A stretch of 56,702 bases of DNA, filler included, from Sphacelaria rigidula (GCA_964200075.2; 5 parts of 5 records of this genome joined end to end with filler, not necessarily neighbours in it); one strand, 5' to 3'; shown: positions 1 through 12,975, counted from the first letter of the whole stretch. A program made the numbers and translations. Notes: a model not told the origin generated them from the sequence alone.

Positions 1-66
1 GGATGCGTGGTCAATGGTCACACGACTAAGGCAAGCAACAAATGAGTATGCCCTCCCCCCTCCCCT
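1..66 (+). repeat. Contig-start repeat, also at 22753-22815 and 45443-45501
   Basis: atgc.t.gtcaatg.tca.a.gactaaggcaagcaacaaatgagta.gccc followed by a C-run in all three copies. Confidence 0.9.
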
Positions 67-270
67 GCCCAGCAGCTAGTAGCTGCCCCACAGGTGCTCC
101 ATGTGGCATGGCCCGTGGCGTCGTGGCGTCTGTGTTCGTAGTTGTTGATTTTTTACTTTGTTGCGGGTATGATATCGGTTATTGTGCTGTATGTAAACTA
201 TTTCATGTTGATGTGAAACTGGTACAAAAATAAACGTGTCATATCTCACGTCAGACGGCGGCTCCCACAC

Positions 271-787
271 GTCAAGCGGACGTCGTATTTCAGGCATCCA
301 TCATACACGTACGTACTGGATGACAGGCCACTATGCTCATTTTGGTACCGCGTGACACTCTAGCCTCTGACCCAGCAAGCTACTATCCCCGCATCATTCA
401 CCGCTGACCGTGCCATTCCTCTCCTTACGGTCCCGGCTGTGTGTGTGCTGTCATCCCATCTATTCTGGGCGCCGGTCTAGACCTTGCGGTACATGTGAGC
501 GCAGCAGCCGGTGTCACACAGGAGGAGCGTCAACACAGGAGCTTTTTGATTGTATTTGTTGTTCGCACCCCACCTTCCTTCTGCGGTGCTTGCCTTCATT
601 TTTTATCGCGAGAGGGGTTCAACAGTCCCTTTCCCTCGTCGACCATTAAGTCGAATTTTGTGTACCCACGACATAGTCGCTCTCCACTGTTAGGCATGGT
701 ATGAGAAAAAAACGCAGATCGCTCCGAGAATTGAACCCACGACCCAGCCGTCAGAGGGTGTCGAGGTTACCAACTGAGCCACCAGGC
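271..787 (-). mobile_element. tRNA-derived SINE-like element
   Basis: Minus strand carries A box TGGCTCAGTTGG (770-781) and B box GGTTCAATTCT (727-737) followed by T7. The downstream segment 271-435 recurs inverted at 1511-1673; its linkage to the head is inferred. Confidence 0.55.
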
Positions 788-870
788 CGGTCCTGGTCGG
801 CTGTAATTCAGCATTACAATTGACTCGATTCTATCACTTACTGCGCTCTCCTGACGAGAGTCCAAGCACC

Positions 871-1157
871 CCTTAAGACCCACTGTTTTCGACACTGTTT
901 CTTCGGAGATCTCCGAGGTTATCGGGACTGGCATGTACCTGATAATTCTCGAATGCTTGCGAGCACCACGGCGTTCTCACAGAGCAGCTCTCCGAAGTGC
1001 TGCGTTGTCGTCCGAATGTTTCGGACTTCTCCAAAATGAAGCCTCGGAGAAAAAATCAAACCGCTTCGTTCTCGGAGAAGCCTGAACGCAGAGTCCGAAA
1101 ACTCTGAAATTTTCTGAGATCTCTGAAAAATCGGTGTCGATAATAGTGGGCCTCAGG
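871..1157. mobile_element. MITE-like element with ~45-bp imperfect TIRs
   Basis: ccttaagacccactgttttcgacac...ggagatctc versus gagatctctgaaaaatcggtgtcgataatagtgggcctcagg; non-coding interior. Confidence 0.65.
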
Positions 1158-1159
1158 AT

Positions 1160-1430
1160 GGAAAATACACGTTCCATGAATGTCGATCATGGCTGTAGTA
1201 GAACAATGTCTATTGCAACCTGAAACACCAAGAGGGGAGCTTGTTTTTGTTGTCATTTCAAAACGACATCAAATCATACATGAGATCAGGCGGCCGAATG
1301 GACTGATTCTCAGTATAATTCAATGTCCATCCGGAATGAAAACAAAAAGGACCTCCACTCTTGGTAAAAGGTTGCAGTAGACATTGTTCTACTACAGCCA
1401 TCACCAGCAGTTATGGAACGTGTCTTTTCC
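1160..1430. mobile_element. MITE-like element with ~62-bp TIRs
   Basis: ggaaaatacacgttccat...atggctgtagtagaacaatgtctattgcaacct versus aggttgcagtagacattgttctactacagccat...atggaacgtgtcttttcc. Confidence 0.75.
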
Positions 1431-1510
1431 GCTATTAGGGGGTGCTTGGACGCCCGTCAGGAGAGCGCACTAAGTGATAAAATTGAGTCCGCTGTGATGC
1501 TGATAACCAA

Positions 1511-1673
1511 CCAGGACTGTAAGGAGAGGAATGGCACGGTCGGCTGTGGGTGATACGGGGTTAGCATGCTGGGCCAGAGGCTAGAGTGCCATGCGGTGCC
1601 ATAATAAGCATAGCGGCGTGCCATCCAGTGCGTACGTGTATGATAGATGCCTGAAATACGATGTCTGGTTGAT
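1511..1673 (+). repeat. Diverged inverted copy of 271-435
   Basis: Colinear match, e.g. gtaaggagaggaatggcacggtc...gaggctagagtg...cgtacgtgtatgat.gatgcctgaaatacga. Confidence 0.85.
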
Positions 1674-3650
1674 GTATGCAAGAAGTTCTGAAATGTGAGT
1701 TGCAAGAGCAAAGTCGCGGGGAGTAACATCGCTGATTATTTCAAGAATATCGTTGTGACCTTCAAACTCAATGAACGAAGAAAACGAACGAGCATTTTTC
1801 AGAGCAAACGTGAAATCTTGAAACGTTTCACGTGTCGTCTTGTTTTTATGCTGGAAGGTACGTTTCATGGGGGATGCCGCTAGGAACCACCAAAACAAGG
1901 ACGCCAAAAAGGCGCATAAATTGGGCATATTTCACCAAAATACGTACAAGGCGCCGCATACTTTATACCTTGAACCATAGGGACAAAATGATGGAACGCC
2001 TGATAATAACAAAAAAACGCGCGTAAAAAACGAAGGCTTACCTCTTTTGTGGTAATTCACAGTCTACTTGTCTGAGTGACGTTTCAAGTAGGATACTACT
2101 GGAGTAGGAATGTTGCCATGATTTGTCACAGGAAAATACTCTAGCAGAGTACCTAGGCGACGTCAGCTGAAGGATATATTGTGTGTAAAGATTGCATTTG
2201 ATCTAAGCTAAAATATGGCAAGGCTACCGCGTCAGCAGCAGTAGTAGCTGAAACGGATGATAGAGCTTCGTTGGACGTACGTGTCCGGAATTGGTTTTGC
2301 TCCAGGAAGTGATAAGCGTTGAGGCTTGATCTCGATCGCCACCGCGTTCACTGCCCCAAGTTCACCCAGCTTTTCCTCCAGCTCTTTGCGTGGAAAAGAG
2401 GCTGTTTGATCTTATTTCGGCCGAAAAATGCCACAGAATACCATACGACTTTTTTTCTTTTTGCTGCACATCTCGAGATAGCTTGACAACTGCTGTGCAA
2501 ACCTTTGCTATTCTGTCTAGTGAGACAGCGCCACACAAGCCGGTACTTCCAACACGATTAAGGGCCTGTACAAACATGACCACCCAGGCGTACTACTAGA
2601 GTTCACGCGGAGATGATACGCCCACGCAGTAAATATACCTCGATTCTTGTGTCCATACTCCCTCTGTCCCATAAGTCTGGGGAGTTATGTTTGTGCGACC
2701 CCTTAACCGTGTCCGATTTGATTTCCGATCTTTTTGTTGCATTTGTCGGCGTTTTTCGAGCTGAAACCAACATTATTTCCACAACGTGGGCGCTTGACCC
2801 ATGCAGCCGTGCGGCCGAGAAAAAAGTAGGTCGTTCCAAAAACGGTCATTTTTCGCTCGTTTTCCCAGGAAAGCATGAGCGACCCGGGATCGCGAAAGAT
2901 CGCGAAAAATGAGCCAGAAAATGTGAAAATCGCGAAACCGCCACTGATTTTGGACCTTGATGTCGCGGAAAAAGCGGCAAGTGAACCTGGAGGTTTCGTC
3001 TTCTCTCCCGAACATAAAACCGGAACTTCGAAAAATACCTGACTGTGGCGGATTTCAAGGCGACGAAATGTCATGTTGTAGCCCTTCCAACAGTGACAGA
3101 AGAACCACTGTCGTACCTTTTCGAGTTCATCCAATAACGTATCAGTGTTCAAAAGTACTACATTTGTTCCGACCTCCGGACGGAGTCCACCTTGCGTGCG
3201 GAAGTTCGGCTACCGAGTCTGCCCGCCATAGATGAATCGTGTATGCGCGGCAAAACAGATATCGTGCTTGACGAGTGGCAAAAAAGAGGAGTTATGCACG
3301 TCAACGGTCTAAAAGAGCCGTGCACGCCAAAATCTCACGACCGATGGTAACCCATCAAGGCGGGAAAATGGCGGAAAATAGCCAAGATTGTAGAGGAGGA
3401 GTCAGTGCAGTGTCGTCGACGGCAGGTGCCTGTGCAGTGCGGATCAGCGTGAATGTCCTATTCCAAGTGTAGTTTCACTTGACCCTATGACGTCGTATCG
3501 AGTTTGGTCGAGTGCGATCTGTTCAACAAATATGCGGCGGTGAAACCAGATAGTCATTGTCAAGATGAGATGAGTACTATAGCATTGTACAAAGCGGATG
3601 CTCCGTCTCTCTTGCGATGTCGGGCGGGATGTGGACGTCAATCTAGCACA

Positions 3651-3683
3651 TGATTGATCGATTGACTTGATTGATTGATTGAC

Positions 3684-3723
<40 letters not shown>

Positions 3724-6700
3724 CGCACCTGAACTGACCCCCCAGGGATCCAGCCGTGGTCACATGATAGGCGTACCCAAGAAAAAACAAAACTTGAGCA
3801 CTCGTTGAAGAAAAAGAAGGAACAGAAGAAGTTGAACAGAACGATATAGTGGACTAGAACGTACGAAAACAAGAAACGAATAAAAAAGTCAACAAAAGCA
3901 AAGCACAGAAAGAAATAGCCGATTAAAAAAAAAAAAGGAAAATACAAAAAAGAAAAAAGAAAAAAAGAAGGAAAAAACGGAAACAGCCCTAAGAATTCAG
4001 GACAGCAGAGTAGATACCGACCCGCACCAGTGGTCACCGCAGAGCCACCGACTAAGGACATAATCAACAACCGATATGAGCAGCAGGATTCTTCAACTGG
4101 AGGCCCTCGATGCAGCAGCCTCTCATTTGTGACGGCGGTCTGATTCTCGTTTGTCCGCGTGTTGCCACGTGTCCTCAAACTATTCCGTTCCTTTTTCGAC
4201 TTCAATATGCCATTTGCCCATGTTCTTCGCCGCAGTGACCCAGTCGCATGCATCGTTAACCTCTACACCGTAGACGAACCATGCCCGTCGGGCTTCTTTG
4301 TGCGGGACAGCCCCTAGTGTACGCAGGTTCTCCTGGAGGTTATTCTTCCATTGCTTGGGGGGGGCGGCCGGCCTCCTTGGAACCTGTGTGGTTAACCGAT
4401 CTTGCATGACGCGATCACGAAGGCGCGTTTTCGTCTGCCGGACAAGGGCTCCCGCGAACCATAGTTGACGTTTGCGGATAGTCGTCTCGATACGTTCTCA
4501 GTTGGTCATCTCGAGCCCCGCTCTGGGTGAAAGAGTCTCGTAGCCCTGTCGATTTTTCCTGCGGAATCCAACCATTCGCAGCAAGAGCTTGTGATGGGCG
4601 GTCCGCAGACTGTCGAAGTCCTCAGAACTTAGCGTCCATGTGGCACATCCGTACGACAGAGCTTCTACCACCTCCGCTTTACGCAGTCGAACTTTCAAGG
4701 ATAGCTCGGCGTTGGGTCGGTCGTACAGTTGGGAGTTCTATTTTCGGATACGCGCCCACGCCGCGTTGATACGGCGGTTGATTTCGATAGACATTTTCGC
4801 ATCCGCGCTGATAGCTCCACCAAGGTAGATGAACTCCCCGTCTGCTTATACCGTTGACCCGCAGCTTAGATATCCAGGGCGGCCTCTGTGGGACTGGGTA
4901 CTGACTAAAGGCTCGTGGGCTCTGGCTTGCTCTCGGAGACCATCAGGCCGAATTCCCGGCAGATCATCACCATCACGGCCATCATCCGAGCAAGGCCTCC
5001 TGAGGTCCTAGACACTATACCGGCGTCGTCCGCGTAAAGCATTGTGCACAACGCGCGTCGCACCTTTCCCAGCGGTGTCTCTTCCACGGGTTCACCACCG
5101 CCACCGTTTGGCGCATCATCTAGAAGGGCCAAGTCTGAGACGAAAACTGGGTCCGCCGCAAACCGTTGAACGATCACTTCCACCAAGCCTGCTCCGAAAA
5201 TGTTGAACAACAGCGGGGGCGAAACGAGACCTTGTCTGAGTCCCAGGCAGACGTGGAACAACACTGAAGTTTGCCACTATCTAGCTGAACTCGAGCTCGC
5301 AATGCCGTCGTCAAACATACGGATGATCGTGATCATCCGCGACGGGACTCCGAACCGAGCAAGCACTTCCCACAGGAGCGTGCGGTCTACAGCATCGTAG
5401 GCTTTCTGCAGATCGATAAAGCACATGTTTGTTGGGACGTTGCTAGCCCGTCCCAACTCCTGAAGCCGGCGTACTATGAACATCTGTCTGTGGTCGATCT
5501 TTGGCGCCTAAATCCACACTGTTCTTCCGGGAAGACATCTATTTCCTCACAAGTATTACTGAGTCTGCTGGCCACGAACTTGCGCAGAACTTCAGCAGTA
5601 TGTACCACAAGTGAAATGCCTCTGTAGTTACCACACTCGGTCTCTTCTCTTTCTTCTTGTGCAGTACTTTGATAGTGACATCGTTCCATTCTTGCGGCAC
5701 CTCGCCAGATGTCCAAACCGCAGAGGTGATGCTTTGAAAGTGGTACAGAATCTCCGATGCCTCCCCGTTCAGTCCAAGCTTCAGGATTCCAGCAAGAATA
5801 CCATCCAGACCGGTTGCTTTGCCGTTCGACATAGCTGTCAGAGCCTCCTCGGTTTCACTTGGGCTTGGTGGGTCTCCTAGTGACAGCGCTATTGGTCGTT
5901 GAGCCATCTAATCGATGACGGTTCGGTCGATAGTTGCCGATACGGCGTTCAGCAATGTAGAAAAGTACCATCCCCATCTCCCGCTGATCAAACCTTTGTC
6001 CCGCAGTAACTTGCCGTCCTCATCTCGAATGTACTGCTCACTCTCGATTGGTCGTCTAGACAGTGTCCACCCTCCGTTGTACCGTCCTCTCATGTCCCCC
6101 GCTCGACTATACTCCTCTAGTTCTCTAGCATTCACATCCATATACTCGTCCACCCCAACTTGGATAACTTCTTTGACATTTTTGCATGCTGCTCGTAATT
6201 TGCGCCATGCGGGTTTATCTCGAGATGAATTCAGTCTCACACCGTTGATCTGGCCCTTTCCCTCTCCATTCAGGCTCGGAAGCCGTTCTGATTTCAGCAT
6301 CCTCGAACCACCCTGGTATACGTGGTTTTCGGGTCAGACGGGGTACCACCTTTTCAGCGGTACTCAAGAGTACGTCGGCAAATTTCGTGGCCAGTGAACT
6401 AACTCACTGTATCACCAGGTATACTCTGTTTGAGCTCGCTGGTGATGAGCTGGGTGAGCTGCTCACGTCTGTCGGGATCAGATACTATGGTCCGTCTGCC
6501 GATTGGTGTACCCCCAATTGGGGTTCGTCTAGGCCTGTTGTGTGCGAAGCGACCAAGGAGTCGCACTGAGGCGCACACGATGTTGTGGTCAGAGTCTGGC
6601 GAGTTTGGGGGTTGAAGGTGGACGGTGACATTGCAAACAAGCCTGCGGTGATCTTGCCGTGTGAGGATGTAGTCAATGCGTTTCTCGTCCACGGGGTGAT

Positions 6701-7210
6701 TTGCAACGCCGTTGGACGTACGCGAGGTGTTTCCCTTGGGGTTGGACAAGAACGTATTGGTCAGGGTAAGCCTGTTGTCGCCTGTAAATCCCATTATACA
6801 GCGTTTTCGTGAGATTGAGAGTAGAGGATACGATTGAGAGTGAAAAGCGGTCAACTAGTGAATGGGTCGTTTCAGTTCCGAAATGCCCCTCCACAAGACC
6901 CGACATGCTTTCTGCAGTAGCTTGCCACTGAGGCCCTTGATATCCCTGAGTAGGATATCGACGTGTAGGTGTGAGCATACGTTTGTGGTGGAGGCAAAGA
7001 AAAGCACTCACGGAGTGAAAAATCGACTTGGTTAAAGAGAATTATCCAAGGCACTCTCAATCAGCGATTTACTCTCAATCTCACGAAAGCGTTTTTATGA
7101 GACATATGCCGTTATCGTCATTGGATCGGGAGTGCCGGCCGTATACTCTGACAACTTTACGCCCCTCCTCACCTGTTTGTACTCCTCTTCATGCGCTTAG
7201 AATCCGATCA
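3651..7210 (-). mobile_element. Degenerate RTE-clade non-LTR retrotransposon (APE endonuclease + RT), frameshifted and 5'-truncated
   Basis: Successive minus-strand fragments: EN (RIDYILT, SDHNIV), [68 protein letters not shown]. Then a pyrimidine-rich 3' UTR and a (CAAT)n tail at 3651-3722. Confidence 0.92.
6799..7095. mobile_element. TA-flanked MITE (Tc1/mariner-type) inserted in the LINE endonuclease
   Basis: ~45-bp imperfect TIRs (cagcgttttcgtgagattgagagta... / ...tactctcaatctcacgaaagcg); TA on both sides; LINE EN-like coding (VYGRHSRSNDDNG) resumes at ~7100-7200. Confidence 0.75.
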
Positions 7211-9086
7211 ACTGTTTTTCACACAGAAAGACGTACTTGCATCTCCGAGCCATCCCACGCTAGAAGGCGGCCCAATCGTTGCCCGAACGTTATTCCCTCG
7301 GAAACCAATGTGGTGATGACAAGCGCTCAGCGTTATCGCAGAATTACTCTTCGCGGCTACATACTCTATTATATCTTCCGAACTGATAACGACAGCCTCC
7401 TGCGAAGTCGTTACTGTATGCAGCGATGATCCGGGATTGCTCCTTCGGAAAAGTCAAGGTAGATCTAGTACCGATCCCGATGAAAATAGCAGCAGTAACA
7501 GCACGAAACGTTACTAGCCCATGCCGCATGGCTCCAAGTACGGAGACCGAACAGAAAAAACAACAAAAGCCAAAGTGTGCAAAAAACGTACAGTATGATG
7601 ATTTGACGGATCGGCGTTCCTCGTACGTTCCTCGTATATATGTAGCCTTTTGACAAGCCCCTCGTGCCGGACGAGGGTATACAGATTCTAACTGGCCACG
7701 AAGTTGTACTTGGTTTTTACTTTTGCGCCCACGGTTGCGCCAAGTGTCGCCGATGGTTAGATATTCTCGTCGACGCTGTCGGCAACTGTAGATAACACAA
7801 TTATCACGTCGTCGCTACCCAAAGAGATTCGAAAACACGTTCTTGTTGGTGAGCGTAATCTTTGCGAAGTCTACGCTTGTTTCGAAAACTCTGATTGTTT
7901 TTCACACAGCACATGCAAAAACTCGAAATGATGGTGGAGAAAATGATTTTTTTCGAAAGTGTCAACCTTTTTCAGGACGCACATTCTCTGGAAAAAAAAA
8001 ACATTTCCGGAACTCTATCGTTACGGCACATCGAGAGATTCCTCCTCGCGGGGATCGCATGTTTGGGTCCCGCTACATGCCGTCCAGAAACAATTATAAC
8101 TTGTGCTGGTCAGTGCTGGGTTGAGATATCGCTAATTCAAATCACACGGGGGGCAAGTGTTCACAAGTTCAAAATGATCTGTTATGCTGCTACGAGCTGA
8201 GCCAGCCTGAAACGGATTCAAACTATCGCAACGACATCTCATCAACGCAGACGGACTGGACCGTGATCTCACATCTTGTTGCTCGATTCATCAAGGGGCC
8301 AAAGATGCCAATGTCATGAGGTTGAGAAGCGTTTTTCGCCATGACTTCGCAGACCCGGGGACATGGCAATTGGCGCTTGGATATTTTTGTAGGATTTGCA
8401 GGCCCAATCATGTTTCATCAGTAGGCGACTGTGATATATGCTCTATCGTATCGTATCAGTTAAAGCTTCTACTCTCACGAGGGGTATTTCCTGGAAGTCA
8501 CTCAACCCGGTGAGGCGAGTGAAAGAGCATTTAACGAGCGATACGGAATAAGAGGGGACATGAATGCTGTTGATCAAGCAAATATCAAACCTACTCGTAC
8601 CTATTGCGTGAACATGAAGGACGTCGTATCAAAAGGACACTCGCATCACCCAGAGGTTTGACATATTGTCGCTGCTGAGGTGTGATGTGCAGGTGAATTG
8701 ATCTGTACTTTTCACGGATGCACTTACATGCCGAGTAAATCTCATCTCGCACGGAGATATGTCCATACTAAAGTTTATGCGAACCCCCGAATCTGTACAA
8801 AACGGATTGCGCTTGTTTTGGCGTGAACAGTCCATGAAGTACGATACAACGAACGATGCCGTCACCTTTACCTAACGAGTAATTTACTGAGAGATATGAC
8901 GCGAATAACATCCTATACTAAATTGAGGATATTGCGAGAGTTAGGTAGTTCATGCGCTGAATCTGGAATGGGCAATCGCAAGGTAGTGATAAAAAAAAGT
9001 GATACCGATATATTGAGTGTTATTTCCATAAGTCAAGGGCGTTTCAAGGACGATTTGGTGGGAAATGGGCATCACTTTTTTTACTC

Positions 9087-9513
9087 AAGGCCATTTCTTA
9101 TGTCTGGATAAACATCTTCTTGGAAACTGCATTTTGGTTCTCCTGCGTCGTTTTACGCCCTGAAAGAGGGCTACGCGGATGTGGAGAGTTTTGAAGAAAA
9201 ACAAAGGGTACGCCACCGGAAAACGCAAAGACAGACGTCCTGGAACGGTCTCACCGAGACGAGCAAGTCATTTCAAAATGTCAACAACCGCCTAGCCCTT
9301 TCCTGAGAAAATATAAGATTTGGCCAAAACAAGAAGCTAACACCACCGGAAGACGCAAATATGCTCTGGAATGGTGTCAACGAGTAGGGCGAGTCATTGC
9401 AAGGTGTCAAAATCCTCCTGGCCTTCTTTCAGCAGGGGGTAAAACGACGCGGGAGGACCAAAAAGGCAGTTTTCAACAAGATTCGTTTTCGACACAACTG
9501 AAGAAGTGGCCTT
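9087..9513. mobile_element. Foldback/MITE element with internal direct duplication; same family as 36837-37215
   Basis: ~85-bp inverted arms (aaggcca.ttctt...ttttgg.tctcc.gcgtcgttttac.ccc) plus two internal copies of caccggaa.acgcaaa...ctggaa...gtcatt.caa..tgtcaa. Confidence 0.7.
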
Positions 9514-11261
9514 ACTCATGAGAAAAATCCCAACACGTATCTTGGATTGACTTTTTTTGTCGAACCCTTCGATCACGATAAACATTTTGTTGCAACCTTA
9601 GAACGACAGAGAGAGAAGTGAACGGATTGTGGCGCCAACAGCCCATGGGCAATCGTGAGAATCCAGGGGCACATATGTGGAGGATACCTCTTTGCAGTGA
9701 CATATCAGAGACTGATGCCATACATGTACGCAGACCCAGCGCAAGTAGGGTCAAGGTAGGAACGGTCCGGAAGGACCAGATTACCGAGGACCCTGTAATG
9801 CCGACGTAACTAGACAACTCGGGGTGATGCCAGGAAGAGCCTGATATTAGGACGGTTCAACATCCCCCGAGGTCCTGGTCGCCTCTGGCGACCATTTCTA
9901 ATCTGACTCACTTCTTGCCTACATATACAAGAGGAAATCATCGCCAGCCTCGGAGTTCCTTCGGCATCAGGACCGCAGTCTCCCCCCGTAGGTCTCTGAC
10001 TACTCTAGCGATACGCCTTCCTCACACCTATGCTTGTTCGTGAGCACCTCACGTTTATGGATACCCACGGGTCACGGCAATACGTGTACAGTAGCCCCTT
10101 GGATAATGGGATCAAGCAGCGACTTCTTTCACTTCGCCTCTTCTAATGGGCACTGCCATGCCCTACTATCTTGGGTTAGCGGGCCGCCAATGATGGCGCG
10201 AAGCGGCGATGCAAGTGAAAGGGGTAGGGGGTGCATGACAACTATAGTGTGGCATTCATTTCCTGGGGAGCACATATATATATATATATATATATGTGTG
10301 TGTATATCGAGTACTATTATACTCGAAAACATGAAAATATCATCGACCTAGAGCAATACCCCGTGCCCACCCCACGCCCCCGCTCCTTCAGCTACATCGC
10401 CTCGCGTGATACGCAGCACTGCTACAGGAAGACTCGCATTTTCTTTTGCAGAGTAGGCATCCTTGAAAGTCTACTTGGTCACGTGACAACGGCTAGAGCC
10501 GCCAACGTGTCTCTCTGCGTTAGCGCACTAGTGAGTGTGCGCCCCTCACAAAACGACCGTTAATTTGGGGTTGCCGCCTTCTCCATCCAAACTCGACACT
10601 AAATATGGTACATTTACGTGTTGGCAGATTACAAGTGGTCAACATCATCAACGCGAGGCGCGTTTGCGCTCTCTCTGTGAGAGTATCTAAAGACTAGACT
10701 GCAACCGGCAACAATATCGAATACAGCTCCAGGTCCGAAACGTACCGGAGATGCTCGCCAGATGTCCACCAGCACGTTCCCGGCCGCGGCTTTATCCTCC
10801 AGCCACAAGCTGTCAAAGGTGAAATGTCAAATTCGGGAGGGGACTCCGCAGCTCGCCAAACACAGTGCAAAACCGCGACCTACACGAGCTGTAGTTGACA
10901 CCAGGTTCTGACGTGGGGGACAAAGTGCACAGCGTGATCACCACGTTACGTGTGAGTGCTTCGCGGTCAGTCACCCTAGGCCTCGCTGCAGCGAAACTCT
11001 CAGGTGGCGTTGCTGCCCTCGATGGGCGGATGTCAGGCGGCTCTGGCATCGATTAACAGGAAATGGGACCACGAAGATACAGAATTGGACTGTTGCGGGA
11101 TCGAGGAATGTAAACGCAGATCAACCTTGTGTTAGGTTGCACTACGAGCTGGCCCAATAGAATGTGCCGCATTTGTATCTCCAGCCATAACTCGTCAAGT
11201 TTACCAAATCAGCTCGACTCGAGCATATCGCTGTGAACTGCAGACTATCCTGGTAATGCAC

Positions 11262-11361
11262 NNNNNNNNNNNNNNNNNNNNNNNNNNNNNNNNNNNNNNN
11301 NNNNNTTAATTAATTAANNNNNNNNNNNNNNNNNNNNNNNNNNNNNNNNNNNNNNNNNNNN
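11262..11361. other. Artificial contig spacer
   Basis: N44-TTAATTAATTAA-N44 (stop codons in all six frames). Confidence 0.97.
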
Positions 11362-11825
11362 AAGAGTAATGGCCGCGCAGGTCAGTTTGGGGTAGGGAAA
11401 AAGGGGGGGGTGCGTTGACAGAGATGGTTTGGGGGGGGGGGGGGGGGGGGGGTGTGAAGGTACACGCGGGTGTAGTTGCAAAACTGCTCATGACGGACAC
11501 AATCTCAAGCTTAAATTAAGTGTCCCGCTCTCCAGATGAACAAACAGACTTGTGGTTTAGCGTGTTCTCACGGAAAAATAAAACACTGGTCTGGGGTTCA
11601 AGAATTATATCTCGGGTTCGACATGGCCCGCTTTGAACCCCGAGCCAAGGCTCGTTCACTCTCGATTTTAGACAAGAGGTAGAGCACGCGACCGCAGCTG
11701 TCGCGGCCTCACGATACGATAACTAGTAGATACAAAAGAAGTGAAATGAACCAGTTGAAGGGCATCCCCTCCTGTCAAACCCTACCGATCGACCTAGATC
11801 ACTCCTTACAGTCAACACTCGTTAC

Positions 11826-12134
11826 CGGCGAGTAGTCCAGGCACTGTGGTGACTGGCCATGCTGAGGAAAGAGTAGATGAGGTCTGGTCTACCGACGTCA
11901 TTTGCGACGGCGCACATCTGCCCGTACGCGCCCGCACCAGCCTCCGACAGCGCCGCGCCCGCGTGCGTTCCTCCGTGGACGTCCACGCCGCCGCCACCGC
12001 CGCCGGTCGCTCGCCGCCGGCCGGTACTGAGAGCATCCACGAGGGAATCGACCAGTGCCTGCCTGGAGTCTCCGGTGGCAGCCTGATACACGAGCGCCAA
12101 ACCCTTGCCGGCCACCTCTTGCACGAACTCAGAC
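11826..12134 (-). CDS. ECM29: ECM29 exon 6 (gene continues beyond the contig end)
   Basis: TTGCAG| acceptor compatible with phase 2; SEFVQEVAGKGLALVYQ...YGQMCAVANDVGRPDLIYSFLSMASHHSAWTTR is the conserved Ecm29 'PDLxYxFxxLAxHxxxW' segment; donor CG|GTAACG. No further exon seen before the spacer at 11361. Confidence 0.88.
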
Positions 12135-12520
12135 CTGCAACAAACGAAGGCGGCGAGATGAGAAAGGTACGATCGGGCGGAATAGCATATGCATTATGCA
12201 CGGCATGCGAGGTAAACGCGGGGGGTTAAGGGGGGCAGGGGGGGGGGGGGTCTTTTATCTGTCTGTGCCGGTGGAGCATATCCGTGACGGGGTCGCTTTG
12301 TCTGGGTTGCATATCGTTCGCAGGCAGACAGAACTCACTTCCGACCCCGAGCAACCTATCTGTGCTTCACACTACATCCACGGACCCAGATTCAATAACT
12401 AGAGCATTTACACAGCGCCCACGGCAGACTGTTCTCCATGATAGCATGGTGTTCTCAGTTCTCCGAGACGACTAGTGCAAGGTGGGCTTCAGCAAAGAGC
12501 AACCAGTACGTATTCATCAC

Positions 12521-12675
12521 CTGACCGTGAGTTTCCGCGTGAAGGCCGCCTGAACGTCTGTGAGGTAGGCGGTCAAGACAGGATGTCCCTTGCAGCGCTG
12601 CACCAGCGCCAGGAGATAGACCGCCGCGGCTCCCGACACGTGGGGAGAGTGATCTTCGAGGAGCACGTAAAGTAC
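12521..12675 (-). CDS. ECM29: ECM29 exon 5 (not in the supplied ORF track)
   Basis: Manual translation VLYVLLEDHSPHVSGAAAVYLLALVQRCKGHPVLTAYLTDVQAAFTRKLTV resembles Ecm29 'PHVRxAxxxWLLxLV...IQxAF'. GTCAG| acceptor; AG|GTGATG phase-2 donor. Confidence 0.82.
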
Positions 12676-12975
12676 CTGACCCGCGATCAATACGTAGAAT
12701 CACGAACGTTTCCGAGATCCTTACAACAACTTCATGGCAGCACCACGCTGATAACACCTGATGAACGATATCATAAATTGAACGTCAGCATATAACTGAT
12801 GCGGAGAAAAAAAAGGATTGTCCGAAAAAAAACTTAACAAATCCTAACAATCACTTGCCAAACCCACCAAGACGTTTTATCACCCGTTCGAACGTCTACA
12901 CTGCTTCAGCAAGCACCTCATACCGGAAACAAGTGGCCATGTACGGTATAACTATTTCACGAAGTTCATCCGTAC

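Noticed and set aside
716-787. Functional tRNA gene
   Set aside because: A/B boxes are present, but I could not fold a canonical acceptor stem or anticodon arm.
3444-4253. 269-aa Phe-rich 'membrane protein' ORF
   Set aside because: Translation of the LINE pyrimidine-rich 3' UTR and (CAAT)n tail.
9600-11050. Possible gypsy RT/integrase remnants on the minus strand
   Set aside because: Only faint motif echoes (LSSYVGITG, PQINGRF); too degraded to call without a search.
11306-11317. TTAATTAATTAA palindrome as a regulatory site
   Set aside because: Centred in N-runs, four identical times: a synthetic linker.
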